A DNA stretch of 64,000 bases from Fidelibacterota bacterium (GTDB lineage: Bacteria; Fidelibacterota; Marinisomatia; SCGC-AAA003-L08; JACNLC01): the NCBI GenBank assembly GCA_014381725.1, contig JACNLC010000061.1, positions 2-64,001 on the forward strand. The letters are read 5' to 3'. The translations under genes were made by a program, and so were the position numbers. The notes beneath the pieces were generated by a model. The model did no database searches. It worked only from the letters and a program-made list of their open reading frames with translations, and was not told where the DNA came from. Shown one piece after another: positions 8,864-18,607 of the stretch (the stretch's first letter is position 1; every line of letters starts with the position of its first letter).

Positions 8864-10663
8864 ATGATGAAGTATAATACAATTTCCAAAATGTTTTTAA
8901 ATACAGTTGAGCAATTTGCACACAACCATATCTTGTATTACAAGTGTAAAAACGAGTGGATAGGACTTACAGGTAAAGATATTGAAGTTACCGTAAATGA
9001 TATTTCTTTTGCTCTAAAATCAATTGGTATTGATGCTGGAAACAAAATTGCAATCCTATCAAATAATTCTCCACGATGGGCAATGACTGATTACGGCATA
9101 ATTTGCTCTGGAGCTGCCACAGTTAGCGTTTATCCAACTCTTATCGATAAACAAGTAGAATATATTCTTAAAGATTCTGGTTCTAAAGTAGCTTTTGTTG
9201 AAGATAAAGAACAATTCGACAAAGTTAATAATGTATGGAGTAATTGTCCTGATTTAGATTTAGTTGTAGTAATGGACGATTCAGATCAATCTGATGATAA
9301 GCGAGTAATTAATTTTAAAGAAATGCTAGACAAAGGTACTGAATATGCTAAGACATACGGCAAAACACTTAAAGAATTAGTTGAAGACGCAAATCCTGAA
9401 GATTTGTTAACATTGATTTATACATCTGGAACGACTGGTACACCAAAGGGTGTTATGCTTACTCATCAAAATTTAGTATCTAATATGCTTGATATTCTTG
9501 ATAAAATTAGTATTACAAGTAAAGATACATTATTATCTTTCTTACCTCTTAGTCATGTCTTCGAAAGGATGTCTGGACACTTTACAGCATTCAGTAAAGG
9601 CGCGAAAATTTATTATGCAGAGAGCATTGAAACAGTACCACAGAATATGACAGAAGTTAAACCAACACTTATGATTAGTGTCCCAAGATTGTATGATAAA
9701 ATGTATGCGAAAGTACTAGATGGTATTAAATCTGCTCCTTCAATAAAACAGAAATTATTTTGGTGGGCACTTGGAGTTGGTACTAAAGTATCGACTTTAA
9801 AATTAGCTAAGAATTCAATTCCATTTATGTTAAACAAAAAATTTGGCTTAGCTAATAAATTAGTATTTTCAAAAATCAAAGAGAAAGTTGGTGGGAGACT
9901 GAGATTTTTTGTATCTGGAGGAGCTCCACTTTCTAAAGAAGTAGCAGAATTTTTTTCAGCAGCTAATATCACAATTCTCGAAGGTTATGGACTCACTGAA
10001 ACAAGTCCTATACTAACTGCAAATACAGAGGAAGAAATTCGTTTTGGGACTGTAGGTAAAGCAATGTCGAGTGTTGATATTAAAATTGCAGATGACGGCG
10101 AGATTCTAGCCAAAGGACCTAATATAATGAAAGGTTATTACAAAAGTCCAGAAGCAACAAAGGAAGTAATTGACAAAGATGGTTGGTTTCATACAGGAGA
10201 TATTGGAGAATTCGACGAAGAGGGATTTTTGAAAATTACAGATAGAAAGAAGAATATTCTCATAACTTCAGGTGGGAAAAATGTTGCTCCGGCTCCAATT
10301 GAAAATTCAATTCTAAATTCAGTGTATATAGATCAAATTATAATTATTGGAGATAAAAGAAAATTCTTAAGTGCATTAGTTGTTCCAGCGTTTGAAAGCG
10401 TAGTTAAATATCTAGAATCAAAAGATATTTCTTTGACCGATAATAATGCAATAATAGAACATTCTGCAGCTAGAGAACTAATCAACTCTGAAATCGAAAA
10501 AGGTATGCAGAACTTTTCAGACTATGAAAAAGTAAAACATTTTGAATTATTATCTGAACCATTTACAATTGAAAGTGGAGAATTAACTCCAACACTAAAA
10601 GTAGTTCGCAAAGTAGTAGAATCGAATCATGATGAACTTATAGAAAATATTTATAACAATTAA
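8864..10663 (+). CDS. Long-chain fatty acid-CoA ligase (AMP-forming)
   Basis: AMP-binding motifs YTSGTTGTPKGV, GYGLTETS, TGDIG and ITDRKKNIL. The ATG at 8864 is preferred over the track start at 8819. Confidence 0.9.
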   Translation: MMKYNTISKMFLNTVEQFAHNHILYYKCKNEWIGLTGKDIEVTVNDISFALKSIGIDAGNKIAILSNNSPRWAMTDYGIICSGAATVSVYPTLIDKQVEYILKDSGSKVAFVEDKEQFDKVNNVWSNCPDLDLVVVMDDSDQSDDKRVINFKEMLDKGTEYAKTYGKTLKELVEDANPEDLLTLIYTSGTTGTPKGVMLTHQNLVSNMLDILDKISITSKDTLLSFLPLSHVFERMSGHFTAFSKGAKIYYAESIETVPQNMTEVKPTLMISVPRLYDKMYAKVLDGIKSAPSIKQKLFWWALGVGTKVSTLKLAKNSIPFMLNKKFGLANKLVFSKIKEKVGGRLRFFVSGGAPLSKEVAEFFSAANITILEGYGLTETSPILTANTEEEIRFGTVGKAMSSVDIKIADDGEILAKGPNIMKGYYKSPEATKEVIDKDGWFHTGDIGEFDEEGFLKITDRKKNILITSGGKNVAPAPIENSILNSVYIDQIIIIGDKRKFLSALVVPAFESVVKYLESKDISLTDNNAIIEHSAARELINSEIEKGMQNFSDYEKVKHFELLSEPFTIESGELTPTLKVVRKVVESNHDELIENIYNN

Positions 10664-10674
10664 GGAATAGAGAA

Positions 10675-11673
10675 TTGTCACAGATTACTTATAAGGATGC
10701 AGGGGTTGATATTGACGCTGGGCAAGAAGCTGTAAAACGAATTAAAAATAGTGTACAATCAACATTTACAAAGAATGTTTTAACCGATATTGGTTCATTT
10801 GGTGGTTGTTTTCAATTTCCTCAAGATCAATATAAAAATCCAGTTTTGGTTTCTAGTGCAGATGGAGTTGGAACCAAATTGAAAATAGCAATTTTATCTA
10901 ATAAACACAATACTGTAGGGCAATGTTTAGTAAATCATTGTGTAAATGATATCCTTGCCCTTGGTGCGCAACCACTATTCTTTTTGGATTATTTTGCTTG
11001 TGGGAAGTTAGTCGTTGATGTCTTTGAGAATGTTGTTGATGGATTTTCCGTTGCTTGCAAGGAAAATAATTGTGCTCTAATCGGCGGAGAAACAGCAGAA
11101 ATGCCCGATTTTTATCAATTCGGTGATTACGATATTTCAGGTACTATCGTTGGTGTTGTTGACAAAGAAAATTTAATAACCAACAGAAAAACATCATCAG
11201 GAGATATTTTAATTGGATTACCTTCCACTGGTCTTCATACAAATGGATATTCTCTTGCTCGAAAGGTTTTACTTTCCCATTTTGATGTTGAGGATTTTGT
11301 TGACCAATTAGATAATACCCTTGGTGATGAGTTATTATCAGTACATAAATCATATTTACCAATTGTAAAAGATATTATTGACAAAGAGTGGTTAACTGGA
11401 ATTAGTCATATTACTGGAGGAGGTATCATTGGAAATACTAAAAGGATTTTGCAGGATGGGCAAGAATTAGCTCTAGATTGGAGTGCTTGGGAATGGCTTC
11501 CAATATTCAAGTTGATACAAAAATTAGGGAATGTTCCTACTGCTGATATGCGAAATAGTATGAATCTTGGGATTGGAATGATTCTAGTTGTTAAACCTGA
11601 AGGACTTCAACAACTTGTAACACATCTTGAATTAAAAAAAGAACAATTTATTAAATTAGGAACTATAAAGTAA
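10675..11673 (+). CDS. purM: Phosphoribosylformylglycinamidine cyclo-ligase (AIR synthetase)
   Basis: N-terminal YKDAGVDIDAG, followed by VSSADGVGTKL and GGETAEMP. TTG start. Confidence 0.92.
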   Translation: MSQITYKDAGVDIDAGQEAVKRIKNSVQSTFTKNVLTDIGSFGGCFQFPQDQYKNPVLVSSADGVGTKLKIAILSNKHNTVGQCLVNHCVNDILALGAQPLFFLDYFACGKLVVDVFENVVDGFSVACKENNCALIGGETAEMPDFYQFGDYDISGTIVGVVDKENLITNRKTSSGDILIGLPSTGLHTNGYSLARKVLLSHFDVEDFVDQLDNTLGDELLSVHKSYLPIVKDIIDKEWLTGISHITGGGIIGNTKRILQDGQELALDWSAWEWLPIFKLIQKLGNVPTADMRNSMNLGIGMILVVKPEGLQQLVTHLELKKEQFIKLGTIK

Positions 11674-12666
11674 ATGTCTGTAACTATTCTAGGTGCTGGA
11701 ACTTGGGGAAGTGCTCTATCTGGTGTTTTGGCTGATAATGGAGAAGAAGTGTTCTTGTGGGAACCAATCCCTGAGTTTGCACAACAATTAGCCAAAACTA
11801 GGAAACACCCAAATTTAGAAAAATTTAGTTTTAGTAATAATATAAAAATAATTCAGAATATAGAAAAACTACCTTCATCAGAAGTTGTAATCTTAGCTAT
11901 TCCTAGTCAATATTTGCGCATTGTATTGAATAATTTTCAAAATATTGATCCTTCGACAATACTTGTTTCTGTTGCAAAAGGAATAGAAAAGACAACATTG
12001 ATGAGAATGTCTGAAATGATAAAAGATGTTACCAATATATCAGAGGAAAATATTGTGTCACTTTCTGGTCCAAGTCATGCAGAAGAAGTTAGTAACAAAC
12101 TTCCTACAGCGGTAGTATCTGCATGCATTAATATTGAAAATGCCAGGGTAATTCAGCAACTATTTTCAAATTCATATTTCCGTGTATATGCAGGTAATGA
12201 TATTATTGGAGTAGAGCTTGGTGGATCAGTTAAAAATATCATTGCAATCGCTGCGGGGATTTGTGACGGTGTTGGTTTTGGTGACAATACAATGGCTGCA
12301 CTGATTACGAGAGGTCTTGAAGAAATTGTTAGACTTGGTGTTGCAATGGGAGCAAAAAGAGAAACATTTTCGGGGTTAAGCGGAATTGGAGATTTATTTG
12401 TTACAGCAAATAGTCTTCATAGTCGAAATCGTTATGTCGGAAAGCGTATAGGAGAAGGGGATACTCTACAAACTATATTAAATGAAATGCAAATGGTTGC
12501 AGAAGGTGTAGAAACAACAAAATCAGTCAATGATTTAATTAACAGTGAACAAATCGAAATGCCAATTTGCGAGCAAGTTTATCAAGTACTTTTTGAGAGT
12601 AAAGATCCCAAAAAGGCTATTTTTGATTTGATGGGACGAGAGCTTGTCGATGAACATCCCTGTTAA
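11674..12666 (+). CDS. gpsA: NAD(P)H-dependent glycerol-3-phosphate dehydrogenase
   Basis: ILGAGTWGSALS Rossmann motif, SGPSHAEEV, and GSVKNIIAIAAGI. Confidence 0.92.
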   Translation: MSVTILGAGTWGSALSGVLADNGEEVFLWEPIPEFAQQLAKTRKHPNLEKFSFSNNIKIIQNIEKLPSSEVVILAIPSQYLRIVLNNFQNIDPSTILVSVAKGIEKTTLMRMSEMIKDVTNISEENIVSLSGPSHAEEVSNKLPTAVVSACINIENARVIQQLFSNSYFRVYAGNDIIGVELGGSVKNIIAIAAGICDGVGFGDNTMAALITRGLEEIVRLGVAMGAKRETFSGLSGIGDLFVTANSLHSRNRYVGKRIGEGDTLQTILNEMQMVAEGVETTKSVNDLINSEQIEMPICEQVYQVLFESKDPKKAIFDLMGRELVDEHPC

Positions 12667-12772
12667 TAGTAGCAATATTAACAATAATAGATGAAAAGTG
12701 TAATAATTATTGTTTGAAAATAGAATATTTGCATAACTTCGCGTGCTTTTTGGAGGTTGAAAAGGGGTTTTT

Positions 12773-12846
12773 GCCCTCGTAGCTCAATCGGATAGAGCGT
12801 TCGCCTCCTAAGTGAAAGGCTTCCGGTTCGATTCCGGACGAGGGTA
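12773..12846 (+). tRNA. tRNA-Arg (anticodon CCT)
   Basis: Hand-folded cloverleaf: acceptor GCCCTCG/CGAGGGT, D arm GCTC..GAGC, anticodon stem TTCGC/GTGAA with loop CTCCTAA, T arm TCCGG-TTCGATT-CCGGA. Length is 74 nt. Confidence 0.9.
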
Positions 12847-12868
12847 CAAAAATAGATAAGGAAATAAA

Positions 12869-13552
12869 ATGACAAAAAAAAGTGACTTAAAACATGACCC
12901 GATTAGGGAGTATATCGTAAAAGCAATATCTTTTACAAATGATTACAAAAATAGAATTGTTCAAGTAAGTATTGGGATTATAGTGATATTGTTCGCTGTA
13001 TATTGGTTAAAAGGACAAGCAGAACAAAAGGAAGAAAATGCTGCAACTTCATTTGGCATTGCTCTTAATTCTTATATCGAAGCTGGAAGTGATTCTCTTA
13101 AAAGATCAGTGGCTTTGGCTGACTTTCAGGAGGTAGTTGATAATTATGAAAGCTCCAAAGCTGGTAATTACTCTAAATTCTATTTAGCAAAAGAACACTT
13201 TGACAATGCGAACTATAATGAAGCTTCAATATTGTTAAATCAGATAAAATCTAAAACCGATGATATTGTTTTGCAATCCTACATTTTAAATATGCTGGGA
13301 AATATTGCCTCTAATAATGGAGAAGTAGATAAGGCTATCCAACATTATTTAAAAGCTGCAAAGCTAGTTCAAGTGGATGCATTGAGTGACAATTTTAAAG
13401 TAAATGCTATACGAGCTTACATCGTAAATCAGCAGTTTGATAAAGCTATATTGATTTTAGAATCTCTTCTTGAAAAAGATAATTTGAAGTATACTGTAAA
13501 AAATGAGATTGAAATGTTGCTTGCTGAAGCAGAATATCTATCAAATAATTAG
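12869..13552 (+). CDS. Membrane-anchored TPR-like protein (YfgM-like)
   Basis: One N-terminal TM helix (IVQVSIGIIVILFAVYWL) is followed by a helical, repeat-like region. No catalytic motif was recognised. Confidence 0.6.
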   Translation: MTKKSDLKHDPIREYIVKAISFTNDYKNRIVQVSIGIIVILFAVYWLKGQAEQKEENAATSFGIALNSYIEAGSDSLKRSVALADFQEVVDNYESSKAGNYSKFYLAKEHFDNANYNEASILLNQIKSKTDDIVLQSYILNMLGNIASNNGEVDKAIQHYLKAAKLVQVDALSDNFKVNAIRAYIVNQQFDKAILILESLLEKDNLKYTVKNEIEMLLAEAEYLSNN

Positions 13553-13598
13553 AAGAATACTTGGAATAAGACAGTAAAATATCATAATTTTGTTGCCG

Positions 13599-13626
13599 GG
13601 AAAGTGGGTCTAATCACCCACTTTCC
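13599..13626 (+). terminator. Stem-loop downstream of the TPR gene (weak terminator)
   Basis: 11-bp stem GGGAAAGTGGGT/ACCCACTTTCC with loop CTAATC. The U-tract is poor (GCTTATAT). Confidence 0.4.
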
Positions 13627-13677
13627 GCTTATATAGGAAAATTTATATGACAAAACGAAAAGTATAGAGGTTAATTC

Positions 13678-14955
13678 GTGATAAATAAAGAGATAATTGA
13701 AGCATTTTCTACTGTAGCAAGAGAAAAAAATCTTGATCGAACCAATTTAGGGACGATTATAGAAGAACTATTTATGACTTTAATCCATAAAAAATACGGT
13801 GAAGAGCGAGAAAATTTTAGTGTAATTGCAAATATGGATAAGGGTGAAATTGAAATTTATCAAGAGAAATTAATTGTTGAAGAAGTTACAGATCCAGTCA
13901 TAGAGATAAGTCTCGAAGAAGCTTTGAAAGTTGAATCTGATTTAATGGTTGGAGATCCGTTTATTGAAGTTGTCGATCCATCGGCTTTTGGGCGTCGCCT
14001 AATTCATACAGCAAAACAGTATCTAAGCCAGAAAATTCGGGATGTAGAAAAACAATCTGTTTATGATGAATATATAAATCAAGTTGGGGATATAATTATG
14101 GGCTATATTCATCAAGTACAAAAGGATAGTATTTTTATTAATTTGGATAAAGTAGAATTGCGTTTACCAAAAAGTGAACAAATTGAAAATGACAGATACT
14201 TTCGTGGGGAAGCCATCAGAGGAATCATAAAGAGTGTTGAACTAACCGCAAAAGGTCCTGAAATAATAATGTCGAGAGCTGATAATCAATTTTTAGTTCG
14301 ATTGTTCGAGATGGAAGTCCCTGAAATTGAAGATGGAATAATAGAGATAAAGAATGTTGCTCGAGTTCCCGGAGATAGAAGTAAAATTGTTGTATTTTCA
14401 TCTGATAAGAGAATTGATGCTGTTGGTGCTTGCGTGGGTATGAGAGGAAGCAGAATTCAGACAATTGTCCGTGAACTTAATGGTGAAAAAATTGACATCA
14501 TAAGTTGGAGTGACAAACCTGAAATATTAATTTCACGGGCTTTAGCACCTGCAAAACCGATCACTCTATATCTTGATGAAGAACGCCCGCAAGTTACTGC
14601 AGTTTTCGAAGATGAAGAATTACCAATAGCAATTGGGCGTAATGGACAAAACATCAAGTTAGCATCAGAGGTAACTAATTATAAAATTGATGCTGTAAGA
14701 AAATCTGATTATGAAGGTACAAAAAATACAGTCATTTATCTTGATGAAATTGCAGGAATATCAACATCACAAGTAGAGCAGTTATCAGATTTGAATATTC
14801 ACACAAGTAGTGATTTTCTTGATATTGAGAGAAGTGAACTGCTTTCAATAAAAGGTTTTGGAGAGAAAACTATTGATAGAATTACTGATCTTCTAATGGT
14901 TGCAGAGAATGCTGCTGAAGAAAATACAATTCCTGAAGAGGAGACTTCTAAATAG
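13678..14955 (+). CDS. nusA: Transcription termination/antitermination factor NusA
   Basis: N-terminal domain, S1 region (GDIIMGYIHQV) and KH motifs (GACVGMRGSRIQ, IAIGRNGQNIKLA). It lies upstream of infB. GTG start. Confidence 0.92.
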   Translation: MINKEIIEAFSTVAREKNLDRTNLGTIIEELFMTLIHKKYGEERENFSVIANMDKGEIEIYQEKLIVEEVTDPVIEISLEEALKVESDLMVGDPFIEVVDPSAFGRRLIHTAKQYLSQKIRDVEKQSVYDEYINQVGDIIMGYIHQVQKDSIFINLDKVELRLPKSEQIENDRYFRGEAIRGIIKSVELTAKGPEIIMSRADNQFLVRLFEMEVPEIEDGIIEIKNVARVPGDRSKIVVFSSDKRIDAVGACVGMRGSRIQTIVRELNGEKIDIISWSDKPEILISRALAPAKPITLYLDEERPQVTAVFEDEELPIAIGRNGQNIKLASEVTNYKIDAVRKSDYEGTKNTVIYLDEIAGISTSQVEQLSDLNIHTSSDFLDIERSELLSIKGFGEKTIDRITDLLMVAENAAEENTIPEEETSK

Positions 14956-14958
14956 CTT

Positions 14959-17583
14959 ATGACTGAAACAACAGCAAAAAAGAGGATTTTTCATATTGCT
15001 AAAGAGTTGAATATCTCTCACGATGATATTATCAAGTTTCTCAAGAATGAGGGTGTTGAGGTTACTACCCTCATGTCACTTGTAGATGCTGATGTATATG
15101 ATATGATTCTCGGTGAATTTTCAAAAGAAAAAAAACAAATTGATCGTTTTCGCAAAGAACAATCTCGCAAGGTTGCGGTTGATACTCGCAGGAAATCTGA
15201 TATCAAGAAAGTTGACAAAAAGAAGAAAGTTAAAGATAAAATAGTAGCATCCAAGAAAGAAGATGAACCTAAACCAGAAATCCTCAATAAAATAAAGAGT
15301 GAATCTGACAGAATTAAGAAAGTACGAGACGAAGAAGAAAAGAAACAAAAAAAAGAAAAAGAAATATCCACTGAAATTTCTAAAGTAGATTCCGAAGTTC
15401 AAGATACTGAAAAAACAAAACCAACTGTTGAACCAAAACCTAAATCTTCTTTGAAAATTATTCACCGTCCAACTGAAGAAGAAAAAGATAGCATTCAAAA
15501 AGCTAAACAACAAGCTATAATCGATAAGCAAAACAAAAAGAAGAATAAAAATAAAAAACCAGATTCATCAATTGACAAAAAGAAAGCAATTGAATCCCAA
15601 AAAACAGATAAACCAAAGAAACCAAGAAAAATAAAGAAAGTTAACATTGCTTCTATTGCAGATAAAATATCTCAAACTAAGAGTGGTGGAAAATCTAAAG
15701 AAGCAGATAAAAAGAAGAAAAGTCTAAAGCATCCACTTCCACAATTTGGAAAGAAAACAAAGAAGAAGGACAAGAAGTTAGATAAACAATCTAAAGATAT
15801 AATTGATGAAACAAGCACCAATAAGAATACACTCAAAGTAGTCGAATTCACTAGCGTAGATGAACTTGCTCAAGCAATGAATGTAAGTTCAAACGATGTA
15901 ATTAGAACTTGTGTTGGTTTGGGTATCATGGTTACAATCAATCAACGATTGGATATGGAAACTATTTTCCTAATAGCTGACGAATTTGGTTTCGAGGTGG
16001 AGAGTGATACTAGTTTAGAAGAAGATATAACTCAAATTGAAGAAACTGAAGAAGACATCGAAAACGCTACTCCTAGACCTCCTGTGGTTACAATAATGGG
16101 TCATGTGGACCATGGTAAAACTTCTCTGTTAGATTATATTCGTAATGAAAATGTAGTAGCTGGTGAATCTGGCGGAATTACACAGCATATTGGTGCATAT
16201 GAAGTTGTTTTAGAAGCAGGAAATCGCATAACATTTTTGGATACACCCGGACATGCTGCATTTACAGCAATGAGAGCAAGAGGAGCTCAAGTTACTGATA
16301 TTGTTGTTATTATTGTTGCAGCTGATGATGCAGTTATGCCACAAACTATTGAAGCAATTGACCACGCTCAAGCTTCTGGAGTTCCAATAATTATTGCAAT
16401 TAACAAAATTGACAGACCAGCAGCAGATATTGACAATGTAAAAAGAACTTTATCTGAACGAAATATTCTTGTGGAAGATTGGGGTGGCAAATATCAATCT
16501 GCGGAAATATCAGCTAAAACGGGACAAGGTATTGACGATCTACTCGAAAAAATCCTATTAGAAGCTGAAGTATTAAACCTAAAAGCTAATAAAGACACTT
16601 TAGCTAATGGAGTTGTCATTGAATCTAGACTCGACAAAGGACTAGGTCCAGTTGCTACTTTATTAGTTAAAAAAGGTACTTTGAAAAAAGGTGATATTTT
16701 TGTTTGTGGAACACAATTTTCCAAAATCAGAGCACTAATGAATGAACGAGGAGTTCGATTAAAAGAAGCTTATCCGTCAGATCCTATTCAGGTTCTAGGT
16801 TTTACTGAAGTTCCCAAAGCAGGTGATATTCTTACAGTATTTGATGACGAACGAGAAGCAAAGAAAATTGCGACACAACGCTCACAACTAAAGCGAGAAG
16901 CTGAACAAAGACGCTTCAGACATTTAACCCTTGACCAGATTGGTAAACAAATTGCTGAAGGACAAGTACAAAATTTAAATATTATTATCAAAGGTGATGT
17001 TGATGGTTCAATTGAAGCTCTTAGTGATTCTTTGATGGAATTATCAACTCCAGAAGTTGCTGTTAATATAGTTCACAGATCAGTCGGAATGATAACTGAA
17101 ACTGATGTTTCTTTGGCTTCAGCATCAAATGGAGTAATATTAGCATTTAATGTGAGCGCTTCCCCTGAAGCTAAAGTCCTTTCTAAAACTCAGGCTGTGG
17201 AGATTAGAAATTACTCTATTATTTATAATGCAGTAAATGATGTGAAACTTGCTTTAGAAGGATTATTGAAACCAGAAGAAATAGAAGCAGCTCACGGTAT
17301 AGCAGAAGTTAGAGCGCAATTTAAAATTGGAAGAAAAGATGTTATTGCAGGATCTTATATTACTTCTGGAAAAGCAATAAGAAATGCTCTGCTTAGGATT
17401 GTTCGAGATGATGAAGTTATTCATACGGGCAAATTAACAACTTTAAAGAGATTTAAGGATGATGTAAACGAAGTTAAAGAAGGTTTTGAGTGTGGAATCT
17501 CTGTAGATGGATTTTCTGATTTTGAAGTCGGAGATAAAATTGAATTCTATGAAATTAAAAAAGTTAAGAGGACTCTGAAATAA
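14959..17583 (+). CDS. infB: Translation initiation factor IF-2
   Basis: GTPase motifs GHVDHGKTS, DTPGH, NKID. The Lys/Glu-rich N-terminal region is typical of IF-2. Confidence 0.95.
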   Translation: MTETTAKKRIFHIAKELNISHDDIIKFLKNEGVEVTTLMSLVDADVYDMILGEFSKEKKQIDRFRKEQSRKVAVDTRRKSDIKKVDKKKKVKDKIVASKKEDEPKPEILNKIKSESDRIKKVRDEEEKKQKKEKEISTEISKVDSEVQDTEKTKPTVEPKPKSSLKIIHRPTEEEKDSIQKAKQQAIIDKQNKKKNKNKKPDSSIDKKKAIESQKTDKPKKPRKIKKVNIASIADKISQTKSGGKSKEADKKKKSLKHPLPQFGKKTKKKDKKLDKQSKDIIDETSTNKNTLKVVEFTSVDELAQAMNVSSNDVIRTCVGLGIMVTINQRLDMETIFLIADEFGFEVESDTSLEEDITQIEETEEDIENATPRPPVVTIMGHVDHGKTSLLDYIRNENVVAGESGGITQHIGAYEVVLEAGNRITFLDTPGHAAFTAMRARGAQVTDIVVIIVAADDAVMPQTIEAIDHAQASGVPIIIAINKIDRPAADIDNVKRTLSERNILVEDWGGKYQSAEISAKTGQGIDDLLEKILLEAEVLNLKANKDTLANGVVIESRLDKGLGPVATLLVKKGTLKKGDIFVCGTQFSKIRALMNERGVRLKEAYPSDPIQVLGFTEVPKAGDILTVFDDEREAKKIATQRSQLKREAEQRRFRHLTLDQIGKQIAEGQVQNLNIIIKGDVDGSIEALSDSLMELSTPEVAVNIVHRSVGMITETDVSLASASNGVILAFNVSASPEAKVLSKTQAVEIRNYSIIYNAVNDVKLALEGLLKPEEIEAAHGIAEVRAQFKIGRKDVIAGSYITSGKAIRNALLRIVRDDEVIHTGKLTTLKRFKDDVNEVKEGFECGISVDGFSDFEVGDKIEFYEIKKVKRTLK

Positions 17584-17948
17584 ACCAATTCGGACATAAA
17601 CCATACAAACGAGCAGATCGTCTATCTGACGAAATTAAAGAAATATTGGGTGGTATTTTCATTAGCGAATTTAATCTTACTAATTCAGGATTAATGACTG
17701 TTACCAGAGTGAAAGTATCTGATGATTTGCAAAATGCAAAAGTGTTTGTAAGTTTTATAAATGAGAAAAAAGAAATTTCTGAATTGATTGAGGATTTAAC
17801 ATCTCACGATAAACAAATCAGATATTATCTTGGTAATAAACTTGGTATCAAATATGTACCAAAATTGAAATTCTTTCACGACGATACTTTGATTACAGCA
17901 GAAAGAATTAACAAACTAATGAAGAAAATCCATAAGGATGAAGATTAA
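17580..17948 (+). CDS. rbfA: Ribosome-binding factor A; the 5' end probably uses a non-canonical ATA (first canonical start is TTG at 17646)
   Basis: The RbfA-like N-terminus (KRADRLSDEIKEILGGIF) is encoded in-frame upstream of the first canonical start. AAGAGGA lies 7 nt before ATA 17580, which overlaps the infB stop. Confidence 0.8.
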   Translation: MNQFGHKPYKRADRLSDEIKEILGGIFISEFNLTNSGLMTVTRVKVSDDLQNAKVFVSFINEKKEISELIEDLTSHDKQIRYYLGNKLGIKYVPKLKFFHDDTLITAERINKLMKKIHKDED

Positions 17949-18607
17949 TGGATAAAATAGTTCCATTTTGGAAACCTGTCGGATTGACTTCATTTGATGT
18001 AGTAAGAAGAGTAAAATCTAAAGTGAAACCTTCAAAAGTTGGTCACGCAGGAACTCTTGATCCATTTGCAGAAGGTATTTTAATCCTGTGTATTGGTAAA
18101 ATGACTCGTAAGGTTGAGAGTTTGATGGACTTAAAAAAAGAGTATATAGCAACCATTAAACTTGGAGAAACTACTGATACTTTAGATACAGAAGGTAAAA
18201 TTACAGAAACTTCAGATATCCCAAAATTGAGTAGAAATGAAATAGAAAGTATTTTAAGTTCATTTATAGGTGAAATTGAGCAAATTCCCCCGATGTATTC
18301 GGCGCTAAAAAAGGATGGTGTGCCATTATACAAACTTGCACGAAAAGGAATTGTAGTAGAAAGAAAACCTCGATTGATAAATATCTACGAAATTGAATTA
18401 TTGTCCGAAACAAATGAGGATTCTATTTCAATTCGTGTTGTTTGTGGACGAGGAACTTATATTAGAACATTAGCAGATGACATTGCAAAAAAAATAGGGA
18501 CTGTTGGATATTTGACATCCCTTACAAGAACTAAAATTGGAAATTATTGCGAGAATAATGCTATTAAATTGGAGGATATTCCTAGATGGTTGTCATCCGT
18601 AGCATAA
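17948..18607 (+). CDS. truB: tRNA pseudouridine(55) synthase
   Basis: KVGHAGTLDPFAEGIL (catalytic Asp motif) and PPMYSALK. Confidence 0.92.
   Translation: MDKIVPFWKPVGLTSFDVVRRVKSKVKPSKVGHAGTLDPFAEGILILCIGKMTRKVESLMDLKKEYIATIKLGETTDTLDTEGKITETSDIPKLSRNEIESILSSFIGEIEQIPPMYSALKKDGVPLYKLARKGIVVERKPRLINIYEIELLSETNEDSISIRVVCGRGTYIRTLADDIAKKIGTVGYLTSLTRTKIGNYCENNAIKLEDIPRWLSSVA

Noticed and set aside
12678-12875. 65-aa minus-strand ORF.
   Set aside because: It overlaps the well-folded tRNA-Arg(CCT) gene, so it is an artefact.
13553-13677. Absence of rimP upstream of nusA.
   Set aside because: The 125-nt gap is too short for rimP, and the gene may simply be located elsewhere. This is not informative without the full genome.
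15100-15830. Highly repetitive Lys/Glu-rich coding stretch that could be mistaken for a tandem repeat or low-complexity element.
   Set aside because: It is the variable N-terminal region of IF-2 (infB), which is commonly charged and of low complexity. The reading frame is intact.
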